A stretch of DNA of 64,000 bases from Verrucomicrobiota bacterium (lineage in GTDB: Bacteria; Verrucomicrobiota; Verrucomicrobiia; Limisphaerales; UBA11320), in NCBI GenBank assembly GCA_016199985.1, contig JACQFQ010000020.1, forward strand, positions 84,978 to 148,977, read 5' to 3'. Every line of letters starts with the position of its first letter. Positions within the stretch are counted from its first letter, which is position 1. The notes beneath the pieces were generated by a model that had not been told where the DNA came from, did not search any database, and was given only the letters and a program-made list of their open reading frames with translations. The position numbers and the translations under genes were made by a program. This document shows, piece after piece, positions 56,401-64,000 of this stretch.

Positions 56401-59400
56401 GTGGCCGGGGTCCAGTTGGCAACAAACGCGACCACGCTGGCTTTCACGGGGCCTTCGAGCCGACGGTTGTCGTAGGCCTGCACATGGAAGACCCCGGAGG
56501 TCTGTCCCGCTGGAATGTACGCGAACGAGAAGAATCCGCTGAAGCCCAGGAGGCCGGGGGGCGACGTGTCGAAGCTGATGTCGACATCATCGCCGACGGG
56601 CGCCGATGTGTAGACCCTTCCCTGAACGTACCCGCCATTCTCAACCAGAAGGCCGGGCATCTCGATGTGCAGGGTCGTGCTTTCATTGTCGTCAACGAAC
56701 GCGAAGGCGTACGCGGTGTTATAGAACGACGCCTTGGCGGTGACGATGACGCCCTGGGTGCCATCGAGAATCGCGTCGTCCACCACAGTGAAGTTGAAGG
56801 CAGCGTTCGTGGCGCCCGCGAGGATCACCACCGATGCGGGGACCTTGATCTCGGTGGTGTCGCTGGAGGACAGAGACACGACGAGGTTGGCGGCCGCGGG
56901 TTGATCCAGGCTGACATGCCCGACCCCGGGCCGCACCAACGGGGATTCCTTGAACGACACCGGCATGCTGAGATGAAGGTCAGGAAGGATGGAGCTGCAA
57001 GTGGGTAGCGCGGCGAAGTCCGTGCTGATGAAATCCTTTGGGGTGCCCGTTCCCCGCGATAGACCCACGACAGAGAAATCGCCATACCCGTCCAGTATCG
57101 TGATTCGAATGGCGCCCGAGAAGAACAGCTCGATTTGAAAGTTGTTCGCGTGGTCTCCGTAATAGCCGTTCACAAGCTTTTGCCAGGTGGCCACGAATCG
57201 GTCCGGCAATTGCCTCCAAGAGATGGTCGCTCCGGCCTTGATGGCGTACCCGTCGTAGTAGTCGTCAAAGAGCCCCGATACCTGGCGGTGCGCGAAGTGT
57301 TCGTTCAGCGCGTCATACGCGGATGCGCTGCCGGCGCCGCCCAAGGTGATGGACCCCGAGAAGTTGACCCAAACATGGGTGGCCGTTTGGCCATAAAGCG
57401 ACACGTGCTTTCCACCCGAGAGAACTACCTCGGCCGCGGAGTCATAGGAATACTGGTCGTGGTGGAGCTCCGTCCCTCCGGCCGGATCCGTGGGGAATGA
57501 GTTCGCCGGCTGCCGGCACACCTGATACCCCCTCGCGCTCCCGTCGGGGATGAAGGACACCGTCGTGTTCTGGATGTCCAGCGCGCCATCGTTGAGCAGC
57601 TCTGTGAGATAGCTGTCGTTCCTCACATGGAACTCGATGCTCGCGTCCTGGGCGGTGTGGGTTGTGAGGTTGGAGAGCGTCAGCGCGTTGGTGTAGTCCC
57701 CAATCGGCAGCGACTGGGTTTGAAGCGTCGGGGTCGGGATGAGATCCACGGCCCCATTAGCCGCCAGGGTTCCCGAACTCGGCGCCACCTTTAAATAAGG
57801 CGTGGGCACGACCGCCCAGTTCATGGGTAGGGCGGAGGCGTTCTTCAGATGGTAGGGCTGGGGAATGAAGCTCTCGAAAGGCCCTCCTTGCGGCCCGTAG
57901 AAGACGTCCCCCGGGGGAAAGGACAGCGGGGTCTCGAGAGAGAGCGGCTCTGTTGTCCTCAGGGCTACGCGCCGGGTATGCGTCACGTGGCTCACGTGAT
58001 TCGAAAAAGCGACGAAGGTGTCGAAGTTCGTTATCGCAATGGGGACCTGCGCCGCGTTGAACGAGACCTTGACCGTGGCGGCGCCATGCGCGGCGAGCGT
58101 CCCGGCGGAGGGCGACAGACTCAAGGGCGACACCGTGCTGGCGCTCCATGCCAGCGCGGACGCGGTGATGTTCGAAACAACGTAGTTCGTGAACACGAAG
58201 CCGAAGGGACCGCCCGCCGGACCGAAAACCGACACGTAGTTCAGCGGAATCACTTTCAGGGTGTCCGGCACGCTGAAGCTTTCCACGACTCCAACCGTCG
58301 TGTTCGCGGAGGACGCGAGCGCGTCTTCGCCCAACCCGCGTTTCGCGAAAGCCTCCCAAAGGTCCGCCTTGTGCGCGCCGCCGCTGTCCATCTGATCGGC
58401 CTGGAGGATCGCGTCGCGCGCCTGAACGAACGTGGGATTGGGCGGCGACAGCCTCATCCCATCCGTCACGATTTGCAGGATGAGCTGGTTGCCCGCGTTG
58501 TGGCCCAGCTTCCCAATCAGCTTCGCCCGAGCCTCCCACAGAGTCATGCACCATACCTCGCCGGCGTTGTGAACCTCGCCGGCGCTGACGCCGGGAAAGA
58601 GGGGACTCTTCGGAATACTCGGGTGAGAGGCGATTTGATTGGGATCAATGTCGCGAAAGGTCAGCGGATTCACCTGCATGTTCGTGCAGTACGGATAGCG
58701 TCGAGACCCAAAATAGTAGTTGTCGCCCGGATTGGCGAACGAACCCCACTTGGTAAAACCCTGGATCGCGTACGCGCTGTGCGGATAATTCCCCGACAGG
58801 CTCGCTCCGGCTGGCGCCAGGAGCGCCAACGAATAAAAATCAGACCATCCCTCCCCCATTGCGCCGGTTTGATGAGCCGTGATGCCGACGCCGCCGCCCA
58901 CCAACCGGGTGCTCAAGCCGTGGGTGTATTCGTGCAGCACAACAGTGAGATCCAGGTCCCCGTCTCGATCGGGACTCGGTCCGTCGTAGACGTACATCTG
59001 CATCCGGGGCGTCTTGCCGTCGGCCCCGACGCCGAAGTTCGCGTTGTTGAATCCTCCTCCGTCCTGGGCGTCGGCCTGCACCGCATCGTTGCCGATGCCT
59101 CCCTTGCCAAAGTTGTCGGCCTGGAAATTCCCCGCCCCTTCGGTGAAGCCCAATTCGTACAGTTTGTCGTGCATCCAATTGCACCAATAGAAGAGGTTCA
59201 CGACGGCGGCGTTGCGATAGCTGCTGGGGGAAAAGGAAAGGTTCAACGGAAAATCGAAGACGCGGCTCGGCGAGCCCTGGGGTCGGGGAACGTCGGCGAT
59301 GTCGTTGTCGTCGAGATCCAGGTGCGCGTCGACATTGTTTCCGAGCGTGGAGTTGTTGCCGTCATGGATCCATCCGTCGGGAGAAGCCACGGTGTCCAAA

Positions 59401-60500
59401 GCGGAGAACGTGACGACTGTTCGCGCGACCGTCGCGGGTTGCGCGTTGCTTCCTGGATTCGGATAGCCTGGAAGCCGCGGCGTGGGGCTCTCGCCGCCCG
59501 TGATCACCCGGAACGAGGCGTTGCTGAGATAGTGCGTCAGGCAATGCCGCACCCAGACGGCCCCGGTTTCCACATCGATGACCATTTGAAACATCTCCCC
59601 TCGCGCCTGGCTGGTCAGCTCCACCTCCCAGGCCAGGCGCATCGCCTCGGCGTGCAGGGGCAACCAAACCAGTCGAACATCGACAAGGCCGATCGCGCCT
59701 GGGGCGACAAACTGCTGGCTTTGCTCGGGGCCCGAAGCGGCGCCCTGGGCGACAACGGCCTCGGCCTTCACGGCACCGCCCAACGACTCCAATGCAAGAA
59801 CCACCGCTCGCGCCGCTCCGATGGGGAGCGCATCGAGCGCCGGCCGATTCGGCATGCCCGCCTTCTCGGACGACGGAAGATCCGCGAGGAACTGGCTCGC
59901 GATGCTGATCAGCTCGCCCTTCGGCGTGCTGTGGGCGATGATCCGCGCTTCAAACACCGAAATGCCGGCGTGCTCCTGCTGCCACACGACCGTGTGGACC
60001 CCGTTGTGCGCCGTCCTGTATTCGCGCAGGACCCGGGCTCGAGCCGGATCCAGAGCCGAAGCGTCGTGTCCAAACAACGAAGCGTGTTCGTGGATGAAAG
60101 CCTTGGCGGGCGCATGGGGATCGTCGGAGGCGAAACGGTCGCGTGTCGCGCGGGAAACGGCGCCGCCCACGCCATTGGTTCCGGTCAACCACTCATCGCC
60201 CGCCATCACCCACGCGGGGCTGCCGAGCAGCGGGTGACGATGCACCTTCAGCTTCGGCAGTCGCGCGCGCAGGGAAGCTTCGGCGCGCTCGTGGGCGGCT
60301 TGGCGACCGTCGGCAAGCGGCAGCGGCTTGCGTTGATCGGAGTCTGGAACGGGCTCCCGTTCCCGATCCGGCGCGCGAAAAGCGAACGCGCACTGCACGA
60401 TGAAATTGAAAATGAGAAGGAAGGCGAAAGTCCTTGAGACCAGAGACGGGATGCGACGCGACGATGCCTTCGACCAGCTTAAAATGGAAAAACCACGCAC
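53466..60500 (-). CDS. 2344-aa secreted multidomain M36 (fungalysin-family) metallopeptidase
   Basis: GTG start and an N-terminal anchor/signal. FTP propeptide motif (AKAFIHEHASLFG...VWQQEHAGISVFEA), then a PepSY-like region. M36 zinc site VVLHEYTHGLSTRLVGG (HEYTHG at 58918-58935) with the downstream GEGWSDF. Then two GGPF...SGTLAA Ig-like domains, a NIDO-like region, three Calx-beta-like repeats, a galactose-binding-like domain, an FN3-like domain, two [beta-sandwich + Ig-like] modules and a C-terminal ...YFRLRGP domain. Confidence 0.85.
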   Translation of the reverse strand: MRGFSILSWSKASSRRIPSLVSRTFAFLLIFNFIVQCAFAFRAPDREREPVPDSDQRKPLPLADGRQAAHERAEASLRARLPKLKVHRHPLLGSPAWVMAGDEWLTGTNGVGGAVSRATRDRFASDDPHAPAKAFIHEHASLFGHDASALDPARARVLREYRTAHNGVHTVVWQQEHAGISVFEARIIAHSTPKGELISIASQFLADLPSSEKAGMPNRPALDALPIGAARAVVLALESLGGAVKAEAVVAQGAASGPEQSQQFVAPGAIGLVDVRLVWLPLHAEAMRLAWEVELTSQARGEMFQMVIDVETGAVWVRHCLTHYLSNASFRVITGGESPTPRLPGYPNPGSNAQPATVARTVVTFSALDTVASPDGWIHDGNNSTLGNNVDAHLDLDDNDIADVPRPQGSPSRVFDFPLNLSFSPSSYRNAAVVNLFYWCNWMHDKLYELGFTEGAGNFQADNFGKGGIGNDAVQADAQDGGGFNNANFGVGADGKTPRMQMYVYDGPSPDRDGDLDLTVVLHEYTHGLSTRLVGGGVGITAHQTGAMGEGWSDFYSLALLAPAGASLSGNYPHSAYAIQGFTKWGSFANPGDNYYFGSRRYPYCTNMQVNPLTFRDIDPNQIASHPSIPKSPLFPGVSAGEVHNAGEVWCMTLWEARAKLIGKLGHNAGNQLILQIVTDGMRLSPPNPTFVQARDAILQADQMDSGGAHKADLWEAFAKRGLGEDALASSANTTVGVVESFSVPDTLKVIPLNYVSVFGPAGGPFGFVFTNYVVSNITASALAWSASTVSPLSLSPSAGTLAAHGAATVKVSFNAAQVPIAITNFDTFVAFSNHVSHVTHTRRVALRTTEPLSLETPLSFPPGDVFYGPQGGPFESFIPQPYHLKNASALPMNWAVVPTPYLKVAPSSGTLAANGAVDLIPTPTLQTQSLPIGDYTNALTLSNLTTHTAQDASIEFHVRNDSYLTELLNDGALDIQNTTVSFIPDGSARGYQVCRQPANSFPTDPAGGTELHHDQYSYDSAAEVVLSGGKHVSLYGQTATHVWVNFSGSITLGGAGSASAYDALNEHFAHRQVSGLFDDYYDGYAIKAGATISWRQLPDRFVATWQKLVNGYYGDHANNFQIELFFSGAIRITILDGYGDFSVVGLSRGTGTPKDFISTDFAALPTCSSILPDLHLSMPVSFKESPLVRPGVGHVSLDQPAAANLVVSLSSSDTTEIKVPASVVILAGATNAAFNFTVVDDAILDGTQGVIVTAKASFYNTAYAFAFVDDNESTTLHIEMPGLLVENGGYVQGRVYTSAPVGDDVDISFDTSPPGLLGFSGFFSFAYIPAGQTSGVFHVQAYDNRRLEGPVKASVVAFVANWTPATNNILILDDEAPTLTVIAPFFVGEGAGLLSNACEVRLTGTVPTNVVVSFSANLGFDYIPIGPVTILPGQTNAHFHLFVGDNNVIDPLRIATLTATAPGFTAGQGGSFLFDNDGPPDPSHPYPPDLSDDIPTKIALSWDRIEGDLLVNGDFETGDLTGWSRSDTGAGGFLVDNGSFDPPSPEGPQPPFAGGFSALSSQFGNGHHELWQDIAIPSGATTVMVSWADRIRNYAGEFKPQSQQFRVEARDPDDNQVLWTLYASQPGDSLLADWVQRTNYLGAYKGKTIRLAFVEDDQLGYLNVRLDSIRVVAGSAAATTFDVYLGTNPVPAAEDFLGSTSNASWPLPLLAAGTDYYWRVDVKRSGITNAGPVWSFRTAGLSSIATLVPFGSNWKYNAHGGDLGTAWRASAYNDAGWSSGLGILGFGGKEDTTIGLAANGYTTFYFRKKIVVANADHISDLNARLIRDDGAVVYINGQRAFSNNMPLRGTISYLTEASTAISGLGETIPVIASLNPGLLVEGTNVIAVEVHQNHPTVGFSPDLLFDLELKASVNVGNEAPTIALTGPGDPVIVQAPGGVKFLATVTDDDPQGLTVSFYANGALIGFDSAPPYGLLWSNIVPGDYNVAATATDSGGLTGASAPVRVIVLPAQGSVFTWIPAGSVWSYNDAGADLGSDWVAPHYRPRWKSGPAQLGYGDGDEATLLDEGPNPFQNHITYYFRRSFTNSIQASGILLRVLRDDGVVVYLNGEEIWRNNMPAGAVTFSTLALTNITGAAENSFNSVLLPTGKLLKGVNLLAVEVHQVGIHSGDLSFDLELSGIGVAPPTVALTQPDPGAVFFTPTNVPLTAVASSAYASIAKMEFFSDGASLGSLGAAPFGILWPDPAGGTHLLTAVATDSDGGTNASAPVSISVFNPASLQIQQAGPLTQIAWPAGVGGYTLECATNLQPPIAWMTVTNAAQQVNGQIIVPVDAVAPERYFRLRGP

Positions 60501-60626
60501 AGCACAATTGGACCACCTGGGAACATCAGGATACCGCGTAATCTTGCATTTGACGGGGCGATGGTCAAGGCGGGAAACTGTCTCAATTCGAGACGAAGGA
60601 GTCGGAGCACGATGGGTCGCGCGAGC

Positions 60627-61949
60627 TTATTGGATGGGCAGAGTCAGCGCGATTCGCTCCGTCCCCCGTAAAACCTGCGCCGGGGCCGAATCCCCCGGAA
60701 ACCATCGAAGGAGCACGCGCCCGAGCATCTCTCCTTCGCTCATCCGCGAGCGAAAATCGCCCAACCCCACGATGACATCATCCTTTTGAAAGCCAGCTTT
60801 TTTCGCGGCGGCATGCGAGCCGTACTGCCCCACCATCGTGATCTTGAGAGCCAGCTGTTCCAAGGGAATCCCCCGACGCAGCCTCTCCTCGTCCGTCACG
60901 TCCGCCAGCACCAATCCCCCCGCGGCCATGCCCCGCATTCCCCATGTGCCGACCCGTCGCGAGATGTCGGACTTCATCCGCCATCCGGCGTCCAAGTGGA
61001 GTTCCAGACTCATCTCGCGCCGGCCGCGTTTCACGAGCGCCTTCAGAATCGTCGTCTCGTCCGGAGCGCGGTGGAGGGCCCAGGCCATGTCCGCGATGGA
61101 GACCAAAGGGGCCCCGTCCAGCGACAGGATGTCGTCGCCCGCCTGAAATCCCGCCCGCTGAGCCGCCGAGCCGGGCGTCACCTCGTTCACATGGGAGATG
61201 GCGTCGGCGCCGAGAACCAAGCCGACGGTTTCCGGCGGAGGCATGGGATAAACCAGGTCCAAAGGCATGGGCGCGCGCTCAGCCCGGCGGGCGGCTCGCA
61301 GCGCGTCGCCGATCTGATGGCAATGAACGCAGCTCTGCACCACCTTCCCTTGCCAATCGAGCTCGCGCTGATACTTCCCCGCGAGAGCGGGTATCTCCAG
61401 GGGGCTCTTGAAGGGCGTTGGTCGCGGCTGCTTGGACGCGAGGGAGGATCGGGTTAGCGGGTAGTCGCGGTGCAAGGCAAGGACCCTCTCCAGCGCCTTG
61501 CGATATCCGTCGGTTGTCGCGCGCTGCTCCTCCTTGTGGTGAGCCCAGGAACCATAGCGGCCGTAGAGCGTGCCGTCGGAGTTGAAGAAGAGCGTCGAGA
61601 AGGAGAGATCGTAGTCGAACTGGAACCTCGAGAGGTCGAGCGCGTTGGCGTTGATCACCCGAACGCAAACGAACTTGTCCAGCAGCGGCTGAAGCGAGGA
61701 CTCGACGAGGACGGCCGAGTCAATGCCCATGCACGCTTTGCAAGGCACGCATCGCAACACGACGAGGAGAGGCTTTCTGGATTTCCGCGCCTGGGCGAAC
61801 CCGCGATCGATGTCGTTGTAGATCCATCGCGCGTCGTTCTCCATCGCGGCCCGATCCTTCCGAACCGCTCCCTCCCGATCCTTGACCGTTTCAGCGCGCG
61901 CGAGGACGGAGGACAAGAGCAGCGCGCCGGCGAGAATACGGATCTTCAT
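60627..61949 (-). CDS. Secreted thioredoxin-like (Trx7-type) / CxxCH / PDZ-domain protein
   Basis: Start at ATG 61949 (MKIRILAGALLLSSVLARA signal). KPLLVVLRCVPCKACMG (Cys motif at 61731-61751), CVHCH (61317-61331), and PDZ-like segments GLVLGADAISHVNEVTPGSAAQRAGFQAGDDILSLDG and ...GSHAAAKKAGFQKDDVIVGLG. Confidence 0.7.
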   Translation of the reverse strand: MKIRILAGALLLSSVLARAETVKDREGAVRKDRAAMENDARWIYNDIDRGFAQARKSRKPLLVVLRCVPCKACMGIDSAVLVESSLQPLLDKFVCVRVINANALDLSRFQFDYDLSFSTLFFNSDGTLYGRYGSWAHHKEEQRATTDGYRKALERVLALHRDYPLTRSSLASKQPRPTPFKSPLEIPALAGKYQRELDWQGKVVQSCVHCHQIGDALRAARRAERAPMPLDLVYPMPPPETVGLVLGADAISHVNEVTPGSAAQRAGFQAGDDILSLDGAPLVSIADMAWALHRAPDETTILKALVKRGRREMSLELHLDAGWRMKSDISRRVGTWGMRGMAAGGLVLADVTDEERLRRGIPLEQLALKITMVGQYGSHAAAKKAGFQKDDVIVGLGDFRSRMSEGEMLGRVLLRWFPGDSAPAQVLRGTERIALTLPIQ

Positions 61950-62112
61950 GACGCTGGGCACCGTGGAACATTTGGAGCGAAGAGACAACCCAGATCGCGC
62001 GCGGCGATGCTTCCTCCCTCGCCCGACGCCGACGCGAGAGTCGGACATTCGCAACCTCGATGCGGTCGCGCCCATGGATGGGCACACCGCGACCGATTGC
62101 CAAACCATGGAG

Positions 62113-62128
62113 CTTGATTCGAATCAAG
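62113..62128. repeat. Perfect 16-nt palindrome CTTGATTCGAATCAAG
   Basis: Read directly. It is intergenic, 164 nt upstream of the Trx/PDZ gene start (minus strand) and 142 nt upstream of tRNA-Arg (plus strand). Confidence 0.5.
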
Positions 62129-62269
62129 AAGGGTTGGGCGACAGGCCGCCGCGAAGGCGGACCCGGGGTTCATTGCGTTTGTTTCTTGGTTTGAATCTTC
62201 AGACGGCGCGGCCATATTCCGTTCCTTCGGTGGACGCGACGCGGTTGCGTGCGGCGAAGGGATGGATTT

Positions 62270-62346
62270 GCGCTCGTAGCTCAGGTGGATAGAGCACCTG
62301 CCTTCTAAGCAGGTGGTCGCGCGTTCGAATCGCGCCGAGCGCGCCA
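62270..62346 (+). tRNA. tRNA-Arg (anticodon TCT), CCA encoded
   Basis: Manual cloverleaf. Acceptor GCGCTCG/CGAGCGC. D arm GCTC-AGGTGGATA-GAGC. Anticodon arm CCTGC-CTTCTAA-GCAGG. Variable loop TGGTC. T arm GCGCG-TTCGAAT-CGCGC. Discriminator G, then CCA. Confidence 0.93.
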
Positions 62347-62370
62347 TCCATCGTTCCCGATTCATGTTCC

Positions 62371-63258
62371 ATGCTCACCATTGACGATCTCGCGGCCCTG
62401 AAAGCCAGCCATCCCAAAGACCTCGACTCCCGCGTCCGCGAGTTCTCCCTGGGCGCCCGGCCGTTCCATTTCAACACCCGACCGGAAATCATGGGCGTCA
62501 TCAACCTGTCGCCCGACTCCTGGTATCGCGAGAGTGTCTGTCTGAGCGCCGACTCCGCCATCCAGCGAGGCCGCGTGCTCGCCGCGCAGGGCGCCGCGAT
62601 CATCGACATCGGGGCCGAGTCCACTCTCCCCCACGCCGCCCGCGCTGAGGACGCGCTGCAAGCCAGCCGGCTCCTGCCGGTCGTCCAGGCGCTCGCATCG
62701 GAGGGAATCCCGGTGTCGGTGGAAACCTATCTCCCAGCGGTCGCAGAGCGTTGTCTCGAAGCGGGCGCGAAGGTGTTAAACCTGACCGGCGTTGCCGGGA
62801 GCGCGGAAATCTTCCGGAGGGTGGCGGCGCATGAGGCGGCGGTGATCATCTGCTTTGTGCAAGGGGCTCATGTCCGCGAGGTCGCCGACCTGACCTGGGA
62901 GCGCGATCCTATCGACGAGCTCCACGAGTTTTTCGCGCGGCAGGCCGCCCTCGCCGAGCGATGCGGCGTTACCCGGATCTTCATCGACCCCGGGCTGGGG
63001 TTCTACTACCGCAATCTCCAGGACAGCGCACAGCGGATCCGCCACCAGATGCGGGTGTTTTTGAACACGTTCAGGCTCCGCTCCCTCGGACATCCGGTCT
63101 GCAACGCCCTTCCCCACGCGTTCGAGCGCTTCGGCGATGAGGTGCGCTCCGCGGAGCCCTTCTTCGCCATGCTGGCGGCCCTGGGAAAGACGGACCTTTT
63201 CCGGACCCACGAAGTGCCCAAGGTGAAGGCGGTGCTCGAAACCCTGGCTCTCTGCTAA
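62371..63258 (+). CDS. Pterin-binding (dihydropteroate synthase-like) protein, divergent
   Basis: IMGVINLSPDSWYRES (cf. canonical GIxNxTPDSFSDGG), GAAIIDIGAESTLP (cf. DIGGESTRP), VSVETY, FIDPGLGF and LFRTHEV (cf. RVHDV). It has a ~37-aa N-terminal extension. Confidence 0.6.
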   Translation: MLTIDDLAALKASHPKDLDSRVREFSLGARPFHFNTRPEIMGVINLSPDSWYRESVCLSADSAIQRGRVLAAQGAAIIDIGAESTLPHAARAEDALQASRLLPVVQALASEGIPVSVETYLPAVAERCLEAGAKVLNLTGVAGSAEIFRRVAAHEAAVIICFVQGAHVREVADLTWERDPIDELHEFFARQAALAERCGVTRIFIDPGLGFYYRNLQDSAQRIRHQMRVFLNTFRLRSLGHPVCNALPHAFERFGDEVRSAEPFFAMLAALGKTDLFRTHEVPKVKAVLETLALC

Positions 63259-63270
63259 CGGTTCATCACA

Positions 63271-63816
63271 TCACACCAGCACCGGGCCTTGCTGGAATCG
63301 CCGGGTCGAGAACACGAGCATCTGCGCGCTGATCCAGCCCGCCGCGACCAGCGCCCCCAGCGCGATCGCCATGGCTAGGAGGCCGCCTCCCTCCCACTCG
63401 CCGCTGGCTGTCAGAAGGTCCCCGACCTGCGCCCACAGAAGATGCAGCGTCAGGCCGACGACCAACGAGATGCCAAAGAGCTCCAGCAGGCGCGAAGGGG
63501 TCCTCCATCCCGATTCGATCCGACGCATCCCGTCTTCGTACTCCCGCTGCAACTCGCGCTTCCGCTCCGACAACTCCGCCGCGGAGGCCGCCGGCGACGC
63601 CTCCATGGCGGCGCGCAGCCGGGCGTCGAACCCCGCCGAAATGCGAGGGAAGACCCCCTCGCGCGACAGGGTCAGGTCCCAACGCTCAACCTCTTCCGCG
63701 AACGCCCGGCAACTCGTGCAGGACGCGAGATGCCGCCGGAGGATCGCGCGATGAGGTTCTGGCAGTTCGCCGTCGATCATCGCCAGGATTTGAGTTTCAA
63801 AGGGAGGGCAGCACAT
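63271..63816 (-). CDS. Anti-sigma factor (zf-HC2 type) with C-terminal transmembrane helices
   Basis: N-terminal ...DGELPEPHRAILRRHLASCTSCRAF (HxxxCxxC). A central helical region, then two hydrophobic helices (LLELFGISLVVGLTLHLLWA and LLAMAIALGALVAAGWI). It starts 3 nt after the sigma-factor stop. Confidence 0.78.
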   Translation of the reverse strand: MCCPPFETQILAMIDGELPEPHRAILRRHLASCTSCRAFAEEVERWDLTLSREGVFPRISAGFDARLRAAMEASPAASAAELSERKRELQREYEDGMRRIESGWRTPSRLLELFGISLVVGLTLHLLWAQVGDLLTASGEWEGGGLLAMAIALGALVAAGWISAQMLVFSTRRFQQGPVLV

Positions 63817-63819
63817 AAT

Positions 63820-64000
63820 TCAGGAGAGTTCAGCGGTCGGGTTCGTCGGAAGCGGCGCGGAGGAAGGCCGGTCGCGCCGCAACGAGAGGCGCGCAAGCTC
63901 TCGTCTGGCTCGGAACAGGAGCGTCTTCACCGTGCCGAGAGGAATGCCGAGCATCGCGGCCATCTCGCCATAAGCCTTTTGCTCCATATAGAACAGCACG
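63820..64000 (-). CDS. ECF-type sigma-70 factor, C-terminal region 4 only (5' part beyond window end)
   Basis: My own minus-strand translation gives VLFYMEQKAYGEMAAMLGIPLGTVKTLLFRARRELARL..., which is a sigma-70 region 4.2 HTH. The stop TGA is at 63820-63822. Confidence 0.8.
   Translation of the reverse strand, partial: VLFYMEQKAYGEMAAMLGIPLGTVKTLLFRARRELARLSLRRDRPSSAPLPTNPTAELS

Noticed and set aside
57849-60437. 862-aa plus-strand ORF inside the giant protease gene
   Set aside because: It is antisense to the M36 catalytic region (HEYTHG, GEGWSDF). The translation is Arg/Gly-rich without domains. The same reasoning applies to the other long shadow ORFs in the track, e.g. 21121..22614 +, 24305..25810 -, 25206..26423 -, 28190..29266 -, 30702..32123 +, 34502..35860 +, 47359..48318 + and 49341..50174 -.

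Overview
GC-rich chromosomal segment. Its gene content is typical of the PVC superphylum, most likely Verrucomicrobiota: a PSCyt1/PSCyt2/PSD1 giant protein, exported Gfo/Idh/MocA oxidoreductases paired with DUF1080, LPS genes, and a giant secreted multidomain protease ending in ...YFRLRGP. I can support about 50 protein genes and one tRNA-Arg(TCT). By eye I saw no rRNA, CRISPR array, transposase, integrase or phage genes. Most of the window is housekeeping: a DEAD-box helicase, cvpA-like, dnaG, tadA, tsaD, icd, recA, fabI, hisH, LPS lpxL/waaF-like/lptFG-like genes, a DHPS-like gene and an ECF sigma/anti-sigma pair. The accessory-looking parts are: (1) a lower-GC island (5.4-9.2 kb) with an intact PstI/BsuBI-family type II R-M pair flanked by gene debris; (2) a five-gene NrtABCD/CmpABCD-like importer translationally coupled to an AlgE-like porin, with a divergent LysR regulator; (3) a PhnD-like binding protein abutting a hybrid histidine kinase; (4) a tightly packed sugar-ABC / GH84 / GNAT / lipoprotein-aminopeptidase operon, in which GH84 and GNAT together resemble a split eukaryotic-type O-GlcNAcase; (5) a 2344-aa secreted M36 (fungalysin) protease with many accessory domains, preceded by a Trx-like/CxxCH/PDZ protein; (6) a second lower-GC scar (45.15-45.85 kb) with a glycosyltransferase remnant. 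I did not find an unambiguous, unprecedented multi-gene system. The operon in (4), the protease locus in (5) and the signalling or transport modules in (2) and (3) are the best candidates for follow-up. All function calls rest on motifs I read in the translations. No database search was run.
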